The notes under the pieces: model-generated
Databases searched by the model: none
What the model was told of the DNA's origin: nothing
Seen by the model: the letters and a program-made list of their open reading frames with translations, nothing else
Source: Octopus vulgaris
Lineage: Eukaryota
Direction: 5' to 3'
Length of the DNA: 64,000 nt
Assembly (NCBI GenBank): GCA_951406725.2
Contig: OX597823.1
Location: 69,440,001 to 69,504,000 of the forward strand
Program-made: the position numbers and the translations under genes
In this document: positions 24,876 to 35,628 of the stretch, piece after piece
Position numbering within the stretch: position 1 is the stretch's first letter
Layout of the letters: every line of letters starts with the position of its first letter

Positions 24876-27109
24876 ATCCTAAAATAATTAATTTATCAAA
24901 AAGAGATCTTGACAATGATGAAATCCAACTTCTGTCAAAAGGACTGAAATTCACACCTACACCAACAGCCAACCACCAAGAATTAAAGGAGGATATCCAA
25001 AAATTCTGTCGAAAATTACGACTTGTAGAATTCTTCGCTAACAAAAGTAATGAGATTGATGAATCCCTAGTAAGGAATAAATCAAATTTCACCCCACCAA
25101 AAGGAAGAAATAACTACCTTGACCAATACATTGATATCCTGTCTAAATTTCCCCTTAGACGCAATACCAATGTTAGGCCAAACATTAGCAAATCAGAGAT
25201 GTCTGCATGTAAACGTATACAAAACGATCAAACAATAATAATTAAACAAGCAGATAAAGGTGGTGCAATTGTTATTATGGATACCGAATACTATAAGGAT
25301 TTGGTTGAAGACCAACTGAAGGATACAACCTTCTATTGTGAAATACCCGCAAATATAGACCACCACATCATGAAAAAGATCAACAACCTGATTTCAACAC
25401 ACCACAACTCACTTACGGATAATGAAAAAGACTACATCACCAATTTTGAACCAAAACCCAGCAACTTCTACGGCTTACCAAAAATACACAAATCAAAAAA
25501 CATTCAACAGGCAGTAAAAGAACAAGAAAGTGAGTACATAAAATTATTACATCCAAAAGACCTAAAACTTAGACCTATTATAGCTGGTCCAGCATGCCCT
25601 ACACACCGTCTAAGCAATTTTATTGACATTGTTTTGAAACCACTATGTACTTACATACCAAGTTTCATCAGGGATGACATCGACTTCCTGTCCCATCTTC
25701 CCAAAACAACAGAAACAAATTCAGTTTTGCTAAGTTTTGATGTGGTAAGCCTCTACACCAATATTCCACACGATTTAGGAATAAAGGCGACTAAATACTG
25801 GTTAGAAAAACATAGAGAAGTGATTCCCAGCAGATTCACAGTGCCATTTATATTAGACACAGTCAAACTTATTCTAGAAAATAACACATTCTTCTTCAAT
25901 GGAAAGAATTACATCCAAATTAGAGGCACGGCGATGGGAACGAGGTTTGCTCCCGTTTACGCCAACTCTGTAATGGGATACTTAGAAGAACAACTCTACC
26001 AAGAGGTGGAGGTAAACTATGGCACTGGATTTAGAAAGTATATTGAAAAGGCATGGAAGAGATACCTAGACGACTGTTTCATAATCTGGACAGAATCTCT
26101 AAATACTCTGGAAGAGTTCAATATCCTCCTGAACAACCTACACCCATCTCTCAAATTTACAAAGGAGATGAGTAGTACCAAATTACCATTCCTGGATATA
26201 ATGGTAATTAAAAAAGACACCACCATCACCACAGATATATACTATAAACACACAGACACACATCAATACCTAAATTTTAAGTCGTGCCATCCACCACATA
26301 CAAAACGTAACATCCCATACTGCCTAGCCAGAAGAATTTGTACTATTGTAGAAGATGCAAATATCAGGAACAAACGCCTAATAGAACTAAGAGAATTTTT
26401 GCTCAAACAAAAATACCCATCTCTACTTATAGAAAATGGCATACAGCGGGCTATAAAAATACCTATACAACAACTTAGGACAACCCAAGGAAGAGGAAAA
26501 CAAGAACAAGTCATACCATTCATAGTGACACACAACCCATGTCACCAGAATATCTTCAACATTGCCAAAGCAAACCTACCAATCATTGCCCAAAGTAATG
26601 AATTAAAAGACATAATCAAGGATCGAGCTATGGTGCTTAGTAAAAGACAGCCTAAAAACTTGAAAACATTACTAACAAAGGCAAAATTTGACCTCAGCAA
26701 CAAAGACCAAACATTCACGGTATCTAAATGCAATGATAGCCGATGTGGCACATGCCAATTCATACATACCGGTCAATATATAAACACAAAAACCGGGAAA
26801 ATATTCACAAACGCGAATATGAACTGCAAAAGCAGAAATTTAATTTACTGCATCAAATGCCCAAATTGTGAAGAAATATATGTAGGTCAGACGGGAAACG
26901 CACTATTAGAACGCTCACGTGTACACCGGCAACAGATTAGAGACCCAGAGGTCCGTCAGATACCTTTGAGTAACCACCTAGCAACATGTGGTCGGAAAAT
27001 ATATATAATATTTCCATTCTACAAATTACACAGCCCAAGTGAAATCGAGAGGAAAATCAGAGAAAAGAATTTTATTGATAAATTCGAACCCAAGCTAAAT
27101 AAGCAATAA
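24782..27109 (+). CDS. PLE-1 ORF2: reverse transcriptase + Cys linker + GIY-YIG endonuclease; frame open from 24782, first ATG only at 25199
   Basis: PLE N-terminal motifs KIINLS..LLSKGLKFTPTP lie upstream of the ATG. RT motifs ADKGG, SFDVVSLYTNIP, GTAMGTRFAPVYAN, WKRYLDDCF, LPFLDI, YYKHT. Linker CNDSRCGTC. Nuclease NLIYCIKCPNCEEIYVGQTG..R..H. No stops. Confidence 0.95.
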   Translation, partial: PEKNPFFYVRTTNTGERKNPRGNIPQTTERIDPKIINLSKRDLDNDEIQLLSKGLKFTPTPTANHQELKEDIQKFCRKLRLVEFFANKSNEIDESLVRNKSNFTPPKGRNNYLDQYIDILSKFPLRRNTNVRPNISKSEMSACKRIQNDQTIIIKQADKGGAIVIMDTEYYKDLVEDQLKDTTFYCEIPANIDHHIMKKINNLISTHHNSLTDNEKDYITNFEPKPSNFYGLPKIHKSKNIQQAVKEQESEYIKLLHPKDLKLRPIIAGPACPTHRLSNFIDIVLKPLCTYIPSFIRDDIDFLSHLPKTTETNSVLLSFDVVSLYTNIPHDLGIKATKYWLEKHREVIPSRFTVPFILDTVKLILENNTFFFNGKNYIQIRGTAMGTRFAPVYANSVMGYLEEQLYQEVEVNYGTGFRKYIEKAWKRYLDDCFIIWTESLNTLEEFNILLNNLHPSLKFTKEMSSTKLPFLDIMVIKKDTTITTDIYYKHTDTHQYLNFKSCHPPHTKRNIPYCLARRICTIVEDANIRNKRLIELREFLLKQKYPSLLIENGIQRAIKIPIQQLRTTQGRGKQEQVIPFIVTHNPCHQNIFNIAKANLPIIAQSNELKDIIKDRAMVLSKRQPKNLKTLLTKAKFDLSNKDQTFTVSKCNDSRCGTCQFIHTGQYINTKTGKIFTNANMNCKSRNLIYCIKCPNCEEIYVGQTGNALLERSRVHRQQIRDPEVRQIPLSNHLATCGRKIYIIFPFYKLHSPSEIERKIREKNFIDKFEPKLNKQ
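24797..24803 (+). promoter_or_regulatory. Candidate -1 frameshift slippery heptamer U_UUU_UUU (PLE-1)
   Basis: Correctly phased in ORF1 (CAT TTT TTT), inside the ORF1/ORF2 overlap 24782-24875. ORF2 is in the -1 frame. Confidence 0.65.
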
Positions 27110-27376
27110 TAATAATACTTAGAGGTATTACTTCCACTGCTACGACCATGACCACTAACAACAACAACAATACTAAAGGTGATCAAGACGAAGATAGCAG
27201 GAAAATTATCTTATTTAGGGTTAAAAGTTCTATTGCCACCACCATCACCACTAGCAACAATAATTAAGGTGCTGACAATGATGATGATGACAATTGAAAT
27301 ATAAAAATATAAAAATCTCGGACAAAGGATATTTACAACATTTCTAAAAATAACCCAACAATTGCTGCTTCGGCCA

Positions 27377-27810
27377 GGGTCAAGATACAGGACTCTTGAC
27401 CTGTCCAACAAAGCGTGATGCCTAAACCAATCAGCTCAACCAACCAATCAGCTTAAGTAATTGAGTGATACTACACACTGATTGGTCAGAATACAGTTTG
27501 CAAAACCTAGCACTCTGGAGCCTACCCAGCTGTATTTATAGCACAGAATCACTCATCTTGCTACAGTCAAAAATTGTGAAGCATGACTGTCAACACTACT
27601 ACATGAACCCGAAGATTGCAGAATTCAATGCATGAAAGTACTAGTTCAATCAGAATGAATATTTAACATTCTACTATTTCATTTTATTTTATTCAATTAT
27701 AATATATTATCTTATAATATATCATTATAAGATTGTAAATAAAACGTGAAAATCAGACAAGGTTGGAATTCTTTTTATTAATATATTCTTCTATACACAA
27801 TCACACACAC

Positions 27811-27826
<16 letters not shown>
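27377..27826 (+). repeat. PLE-1 3' pseudo-LTR plus tail running into the (TA)n target
   Basis: Matches 23106-23555. Its reverse complement, without the tail, is at 20176-20585. Confidence 0.92.
27604..27648 (+). ncRNA. Minimal hammerhead ribozyme in the 3' pLTR
   Basis: Identical to 23333-23377. Confidence 0.75.
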
Positions 27827-27854
<28 letters not shown>

Positions 27855-28011
27855 TCATGATCGAATGTATATTGGCAAACATACAACCGCATACATACAG
27901 GAATAAGCGTATAGAGTCGGACACAACCCCGTCTCTTTCGTTTCTTATCTCACTATTTTCCCCTCTCCATATATATACATACATATATATATATATATAA
28001 GCGATAAACGT

Positions 28012-28302
28012 CGCCCTTTTCAAGCCTAGCCAGGCTCATGGGCCCGCTTTCCCGGTTTCTGTGGCGTATGTGTTCCCCCCAGCTGGACGGGACGCCAGTT
28101 CATCGCAGCGTTACTCGAGAAACAGGAAGAGAGAGCGAGAGAAAGTTGTGGCGAAAGAATACAACAGGGGTCGCCACCCCCCACCCCCCTGCCGGAGCCT
28201 TTGAAGCTTTTTAGGTGTTTTTGCTCAATAAGCACACACAATACCCGGTCTGGGAATCGAAACCGCGATCGAGTCCGCTGCCCACTGGGCTATTGCGCTT
28301 CC
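28012..28302 (-). mobile_element. tRNA-derived SINE, family B
   Basis: Minus strand GGAAGCGCAATAGCCCAGTGG..GGTTTCGATTCCCAGACCGGG. Body shared with 47435-47738 and 60785-61150. Confidence 0.8.
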
Positions 28303-28304
28303 AC

Positions 28305-28536
<232 letters not shown>

Positions 28537-29089
28537 TGGGAGAGATATAAATACACACACTCGCGCATACAATTCCATATATGTACACACACACACGTGT
28601 ATGAAATCATATCTATATCGAAATCAAAGTGAAAGTAATTAAAAGCAAGCAAATGGCGTATTTTTAGTTTTATAACTTAAAATTTTAAAATACACAAGAT
28701 TCTGCTGCAAGCTTCTTCGTGTAATTATAGGAAATAGAAATAATAGTTTTCTCACGTATGATTTAGAATTTTCCAATTGTTTCTCCTTCTTTTGCTGTTT
28801 AAATTCTCCCTTTCTCGATATGTATTTATGTTTCAAAACCATCGCAGTAAACTTATATTTACCTTCTTTAAAAGTAAAATCATATGATTTTTCAAAAATG
28901 GCGATACTTCAAATATAAGAATACTAGAAAATATTGTCTTTGAATTTCGTATCATAAGAAACAAGGCATATCAGGAAGTATGGATAACATTCTGAAATGA
29001 AAGGATAAAGATATAAAGACAGAGAAGTATGATATTGCTTTAAGTACACGTATCTTTCAATTGTTCTAATGCAAAACGTATATATGTAT

Positions 29090-29870
29090 ATATTGCGTTA
29101 TCCCATAAATAACGCGGTTTTTTCAATTGTATGAACTAAAAGTCGGATGGGGACAGGATAAACTACCTGCATCAACTTGCTATAAAAGCAGTTAGTGATT
29201 TTACCTTGTACTTATTCTTACAAGTTTTCAAGAGTGCAGTTCCATCGTAACAGTTTTTTTCTTTTCAAAGCTATAACGGAAGTGGCAAAGGAGCATATTT
29301 GGCATATTTTGCTTTATGAGTTCAATAAATGCAACAACGCAACGAAAAGTGCGAGTAATATTTATGCAGTATATGGAGATCGGACAATAAGCGTAAGGCG
29401 GTTCCAGAAATTCCGAGCCGGAAACTACAGCCTAGAAGACGAGCCTCAGCCTGGATGATCAGTAGAACTCGACGAGAACGTCCTGCAAAAACTGGTGGAA
29501 GAAAATCCCATTGTAACTGCTGAGGAACTAGCAGAGAGGCTTCGATTTGGTAATTCAGCCATTCATCGATACCTGCGTGTCAGCAGATTGGGTTAATGGG
29601 TTCCTCACAAACTTTCCGAGTCTAATCGCGTGCAGAGTGTAAATGTGAGCTTTTCTTTGCAGTCACGTCACACGAATGAACCTTTTTTGGACCCTTAAGT
29701 GACTGGTGACGAGAAATAAGTTCTCTATGAAAATGTCAAGTACCGAAGACAGTGTGTAGGGAAAGGAGAAACACCGGCCCCTCTGGTTAAAGAAAGTGTT
29801 CACTCACGTAAGATTTTGTTATCTGTTTAATCCACTTTGAATTTTTAAACCTAAATCAAACAATAACGAA

Positions 29871-29872
<2 letters not shown>
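29090..29872 (+). mobile_element. Decayed mariner transposon, 5' part only
   Basis: EHIWHILLYEF..YAVYGD..FQKFRAGNYSLEDEP, WVPHKL, VTGDEK*VLYEN. TIR-like TATTGCGTTATCCCATAAATAACGCGGTTTTTT. Ends at (TA)n. Confidence 0.88.
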
Positions 29873-29926
<54 letters not shown>

Positions 29927-29980
29927 TATATATGCATGAACACATGTACAGACAGTAGATAGATAGATAGATAGATAGAT

Positions 29981-30017
<37 letters not shown>

Positions 30018-30044
30018 CAGACATACAGACAGACAGACAGACAA

Positions 30045-30095
<51 letters not shown>

Positions 30096-32466
30096 TCATA
30101 TATGTCTAAATTATGTTATGTGAAATCGCATTTTCTTGGCGATAATGAATAACTGTATCTCTGGTCACAAGGTTGTCAAGAGATATTGTGGGACTAAAAA
30201 CCACTTCACATCGCACGTGGAATTCCGAGCATTTATATTTCCAAATGGATCTTTAGAACTGTTTGTATCTATTCTAATAAAAACTATTGATTTGTGTCAG
30301 CTACAGATTCTTTATCGGAGTGATGTACATCGTCACGCTGGAAACAATGAGAGCACAGGAGACAACGACAGAGCTTCAAATTGGTTACTCTTCTTCATTA
30401 AAGTCCCTGTTCTGGTTAGTTCTCAGTCAGCAAATCTTTGTTGAAAGATATTCGTGCTGTGAATGTTCCGTGTTTTTATTTTTCTGTGGAGACGATAGTT
30501 ACACTACCCAATGTATTTTCCTTCGAGACGGTTCTGAGTTCTAGCAAATATCATACCCGCACGTATTCATTTCGTGGTTATTTGTAGGAGGCACTTGCCA
30601 TATGTGTCATCTAGTACGATCAAACCAAAGTCGACATTGTTTCAAAGCAATCTTGTGAACGACAAAGCCATTCTTTTATTCGTGTTAACTTCTCTTTACA
30701 TCACACACTCAACCTGACTTTCTTGGCTTCTTTCTCATACACAAACGCATCCACAATACTCTGTCTCTCTGTGTGTCTGTCCGTCTGTCTGACTCTCTCT
30801 CTCTCGCTCTCTTTGTCTCCTCCTCCCTCTCTCTGTCTCTTTCTGTATCATGCTCACTACAGAGCGGCACCTTAGTTAAATATCATACAATCTTAATGTT
30901 CAGGATTGATATACCTTTGACTACAAGTGATTTATACATCCTTGTCGATGTACATTTCACCGTAATGCTTCTCTTTATATAAATCAGCTGTCCTTACATC
31001 TATATTTACACAGCTTTTATAGTACGTTACATAGTTTCTGTATGTGAGTAGTTATTATTGGTAATATCTGTAAAAAGAGAAGAAAAAAACATTTATGACT
31101 GTAATCTCATCTTTTCTGTTGTTTCTATTTCCGTTTATATTACACGCTATATTTATCAAGTTTATGTGCTGTGTTCAGGGTAGATACAAATTTAATTATA
31201 TCTGGACCTATTTCAGTAATGGCAGCCATACTGGTCAGAAATTGCCGCAAAGCTTGCTATGTTTTCCGTGTTATATGTATACCTCTTTCTCCAGTGTTTC
31301 CTTCCCTATAAAACTTAATACGATATTTGCACAGGATTTCGATTTTCGCACCTTCTTTTTTCTATACGCTAGAACTGTAGCTGTTTCAGTTCAATACACT
31401 TCTTTCTGCTGGTGGTTTGGAATTTCTCCCAGGTTTACATTCAATCCTAAGGCTTCTTTTTTATCAAACCTAATGTTGTTGCCATAAAACTATATGTACT
31501 AAACGTTCTGCGACTCTACTATTAAAGGCCTATTTTACATACTCTTTGTCAATTTGAATGAATTTTCGTGGGTTGTTTGACTAAGCCATCAAATATTATT
31601 AATTATGATTTATAAAGGTAGTTCCATTAGAAGTGCTTAACATTGAATCCAGCCCTAATACGTGTACATATCGACTTATATGTCACAAGCTGTTGTAAGT
31701 AGCTGATATTTTATCATTACGTCTGTATCGATTATATTTTCTCTTCTAGTTTAGTTTCATTTGTTCTTATTGTTTTGGTGTGGTTTGTTAGTATTCCTGG
31801 AGGGTTTTATGTCTCCAAAGAATTTACTTAAAATTTATGTACGTGAAAGAAATGTGGAGGAGATACAAGGGGACACTAGCAGATATTGCCTCGTACAATG
31901 GTTCGTGAGATATATTCTCGAAGCTATGTACCCCATGTCTCCATTACCCATGGCTTCAAATGCAATAGATTGAAAAAAATAATTAATGGCATTGAATATT
32001 TGAAGATTTTTGTTCTGCAAAAACAGAGGCAGAACTCGCTAGAAGACTGCAATTTTTCACATGGATTTCAGCAAAAGATCTGTCACAGTACCCAAAGATT
32101 TGAATCATACCAGCTGGTCTTTTGCAATCTCTGCGAGAAAAAAAACTACTTCTTTCAGATGGATATTTATTGAGGAATATTCTCCATTCATTATCATCTC
32201 CGAACGTCTTGACGTGTAAGTCTGTGTAATCTCAAACAATAAATTGGAGACCTCTACAGGTATTCAAAGTATTTTATATAGCATTTTACAAACAATAATT
32301 TCATAGGTTACAGTTTTCCAGTGGACGGGCTATCAACTAGTGCACATCAAATATGGTGATGGAAGTGACAAAGGATCACTTATGTAGCACGAGAAGAGAA
32401 AATATTACAGATGATTTCTATTCAAAAGAAACAGCTTAAAGATTTTCTTTCGGATGTTAACATATT

Positions 32467-32518
<52 letters not shown>

Positions 32519-33347
32519 CTGAAAAAGATAAATATTCGATGGGATTCACCATAGTTTCCACATTTGAAATTCTACGCTTGAAGCCCTGATCAAACAGACT
32601 TAAGATGAAAGACATTCCATCTACTGTTATTAGTGTACTCACGACATGATCCACTCTTCTCTTCCTTACCTATGTGGATGGGAGATGTAGTTGATTTCAC
32701 TTTTGCAGCGGTATGTAGAAATACACGAAGAAATTAATATTTCTTTTGTTTTAAGACAATGGGAGTAACTTGAAGATTTTGCTGATATTTTTAGCACTTA
32801 GTGCGGCTATAAAGAAGATGCTGCGTGCATCGGTTTGTAATATAAGTGCGTTTGTACGTGTGTGTGTTTCTACATGTGTGTTTCTAGTATGATTGTGCCA
32901 GATATGAGGGAAGCGATCTAATATTCCTTACAGTTGGTCTTATTACTCAACGCTGAAGGATTTTTATGGTTCTTAATGGATAAAATCTACGTTTTGAAAT
33001 TCAGTTATATATAGATATAAAATCGCTGCTCCAGAACATCGTATTAAGGCTTATACAGGCGCGTTGTCAAGCGTGTGAAGCTTATAATACCAAATTAGTT
33101 TCTTGATATCATGTAGCTATGGTTTCTTCTTGCTATCGAGAGGCACCAGCATACTTCATATGAATTGGATAACGTTGTCAAGAGATTTTTTCCTGTCTAT
33201 AGTGCAGCGAGTATGCGCGTGTGTTTCGCATTTGTGACGAAGGTTAAGGAAGCATGAAATGTTATATCCGCTGCGTAGGACACAGTAGTAGGAACAGCCG
33301 ATAGGGTATTGAATATATATATATATAAAAACACACACACACATATA

Positions 33348-34212
33348 CAGGGTGCGAGGGGTAAATTGTCGCCATTTTATACATTTGATTTCGCGTATGC
33401 ACATTGCTTGCTTTTGATTTTGTTAACTACACAGTATAGTAGAGTCGGTTGGGCACCGTTACTGAGACAAACAGCACCATGATGCAATTCACTCTGCCAG
33501 AAATTTGGAAACGACATGATGCACTGCTTGGCATTCGCACCGGAAGCTCCAATACGGGCATTTCAGAGTGCTTGGCTGTCAATCTAAGGACACGTACCGA
33601 GAATGAGAAAAATCAAACATACTGTTAACACCATGGTGTTTGGAGTGATCACTTGTGATGGCTGCATTCATCTCCCCACTCGACCTCACACTCAACACGA
33701 AAGGCCTACATCAAGTGCTTGGATGAGGTCAAGTGGGCGACACTGGGTCAATATGGTACCTGCTGGAAGACCATATGTATGGTAACAGGACTCTGCACCA
33801 TGTCACAAGTAAGGGAACCCAGTCATGGCTGTCAGACAACTTCTGCGATCACATCACCCCAAACATCTGACCACCTAACTCCCCAGACTGCAACCACTTT
33901 GATTATTATGTGTGGTGCGCAGTTGAGCGACAGACCAACAAAACTCCTTGTAACATCAAAGATGAACTGAAGACTAGGATTATGGCGGCATTCGCCAATT
34001 TAAACAAGGAGACCGTCCAGAAGAATTGCATGAGATTCCGAAGTTGTCTAGAGGCTGTGGTTGAAGCAAATGGCAATTTTATTGAATGAATTTACTCTTT
34101 ACTCTTTCAAGATATTTCTATTGAATTTTGGTAAATATATCTCTTAAAATGAAATATTAGTGTTATTTTCATTTTTGCGTAGTTGAGGCGACCGTTTATT
34201 TACCGCACCCAG
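33348..34212 (+). mobile_element. Internally deleted Tc1/mariner-superfamily element, maT/DD37D-like
   Basis: Imperfect TIRs CAGGGTGCG..TAAATTGTCGCC / GGCGAC..TTTA..CGCACCCAG. Motifs MVFGVIT, VW*QDSAPCH, *PPNSPDCNHFDYYVW. Confidence 0.8.
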
Positions 34213-34282
34213 AACAGACACACACACACACTCACATACACAAAATACACACACACACTCATACACACACACATACACACAT

Positions 34283-34341
<59 letters not shown>

Positions 34342-34375
34342 TAAGAAAGTTGATTTGTGAAAGCACGTGGGTGAA

Positions 34376-34447
34376 TATATAAAAAATAGTAAAGAGTGAA
34401 AAAACGACAGAAGGCTTAAATATTAAAAAATATATATATTTGCGTCA
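34376..34447 (-). repeat. Inverted copy of the PLE-2 3' terminus (72 bp)
   Basis: Reverse complement of 38134-38205 with one mismatch. Confidence 0.9.
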
Positions 34448-34458
34448 CAACACTAAAT

Positions 34459-35628
34459 GTGTTATACACAACACTAAATTCAATTTTCATCAACAAATCT
34501 GAAAATAATACACACGCACCAAATGAAACACAGCAGGACATCATACGCACCCAAATTAACCCAGCAAAAAGAAAAATAGGAAACATTTGGAATACTATCC
34601 TGCACAACAGAAAACTCGCCTTCTGGAACATGATAAAAAATTCCAACAAAGCAGATATTTACGAGGGATGGATAAACTCAACACCAATTATCCTCCCACG
34701 CAAATTCCAGATAAAATTAATTCCTAACGAGCCTGACGGACAGAGATCTATTAGGGAAAAGTCAGCTCTGTTCAATTTTAGATCAGAAATAGAGCTTCTA
34801 AGACTCAGGGCCTCCACAAATGAGGAAAAATTTAAAAGCATAGACGAGGAGATGCACAATATAATACTGAAACATACCGAGGGACAACCCCTCGAAAATA
34901 CATTAGATCATTGGAAGGAAACCTGTGAAAAAGAAGAGAGAAATTCTCTCCTACGCTGGGAGAAAAACATGGACTTCTTCCAAAAATATAGTGAAACTTT
35001 CAAAAATGAATTGGGTACAAATAATCCCTTCCTTAAGAAAATTACAATAAATAAAAAAGAAAAACCAAACAACCCACGAACAACCCCCAACTATCCTCCA
35101 TACACTAAAAACAGAAATCACCCACAACCAACCTTTGCAAACCACGCAAGACCTAACAGGGAACTAGCTGACAGAGGACACGTCTATGAAATAAATTACA
35201 CCAAAAACAGAACACACCAACAACATCCTAATACCAGACCCAACCACCATACAGCACAAAACGACACTAGAATAAGAAATACACCACACACAAATCGCTA
35301 CTACCCCATGAACCAAAATTACTGGTCCCCAATAAACACAAGACAAACGCAAAAAAACACTATGTCAAGCAACATCCCACATATAAGCAGTTCGAAACAA
35401 AAATATTTCCCATACAGAAATTTTACACACACGACAAACAATAACAACCATAGATTCACACACACACACAACGATCGGGGGCAACAATACCACCACTCCC
35501 CCGACCAAATACCACACAACCTCACAGACAACTCATACAAACAAAATTACACCCAACATTTTTTAGCCAGGGACCAGGGACACCAGGACACAGGCTGGAA
35601 CCTAGTAATAAGGAAAAACCGAAGATAA
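34459..35628 (+). CDS. PLE-2 ORF1 (N-terminally truncated, 389 aa open)
   Basis: Homologous to the PLE-1 ORF1 middle domain. N/H/Q/T/P-rich C-terminus. The predicted start is GTG next to the truncation junction at 34448. Confidence 0.8.
   Translation: MLYTTLNSIFINKSENNTHAPNETQQDIIRTQINPAKRKIGNIWNTILHNRKLAFWNMIKNSNKADIYEGWINSTPIILPRKFQIKLIPNEPDGQRSIREKSALFNFRSEIELLRLRASTNEEKFKSIDEEMHNIILKHTEGQPLENTLDHWKETCEKEERNSLLRWEKNMDFFQKYSETFKNELGTNNPFLKKITINKKEKPNNPRTTPNYPPYTKNRNHPQPTFANHARPNRELADRGHVYEINYTKNRTHQQHPNTRPNHHTAQNDTRIRNTPHTNRYYPMNQNYWSPINTRQTQKNTMSSNIPHISSSKQKYFPYRNFTHTTNNNNHRFTHTHNDRGQQYHHSPDQIPHNLTDNSYKQNYTQHFLARDQGHQDTGWNLVIRKNRR

Larger units (their letters stand above)
20176..27826. 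mobile_element. Young Penelope-like retroelement (Neptune-like) insertion: inverted 5'-truncated copy (20176-23109, -) joined to full unit pLTR-ORF1-ORF2-pLTR (23106-27826, +), inside a (TA)n tract
   Basis: Identical 636-aa RT/GIY-YIG ORFs on opposite strands (mirror coordinates sum to 47962). Direct repeats 23106-23555 / 27377-27826 (offset 4271). (TA)n on both flanks (20143-20180, 27813-27850). Confidence 0.95.

Noticed and set aside
25199-25201. ATG at 25199 as the true start of the RT
   Set aside because: It would omit about 110 codons of conserved PLE N-terminus. PLE-2 has no Met at the equivalent place.
25729-25729. A/G difference between arms as a fossil of A-to-I editing
   Set aside because: A single transition is equally explained by RT error or mutation, and the other difference is T/G.
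24782-27109. Telomerase, group II intron, retron or LTR-element RT
   Set aside because: The DKG motif, GxAMG, YLDD and C-terminal GIY-YIG with pLTRs are diagnostic of PLEs. No protease, RNase H or integrase is present.
21199-27411. Short ORFs antisense to or overlapping the PLE ORFs (e.g. 23564-24103, 24802-25092, 26263-26535)
   Set aside because: Shadow frames of A-rich coding sequence with no motifs. Their duplication only reflects the inverted arm.
20143-27850. Target-site duplication
   Set aside because: Both flanks are (TA)n, so a TSD cannot be distinguished.
30136-32400. Several 60-130 aa ORFs in non-repetitive sequence
   Set aside because: No recognisable motifs or consistent splice signals, and the lengths are compatible with chance.
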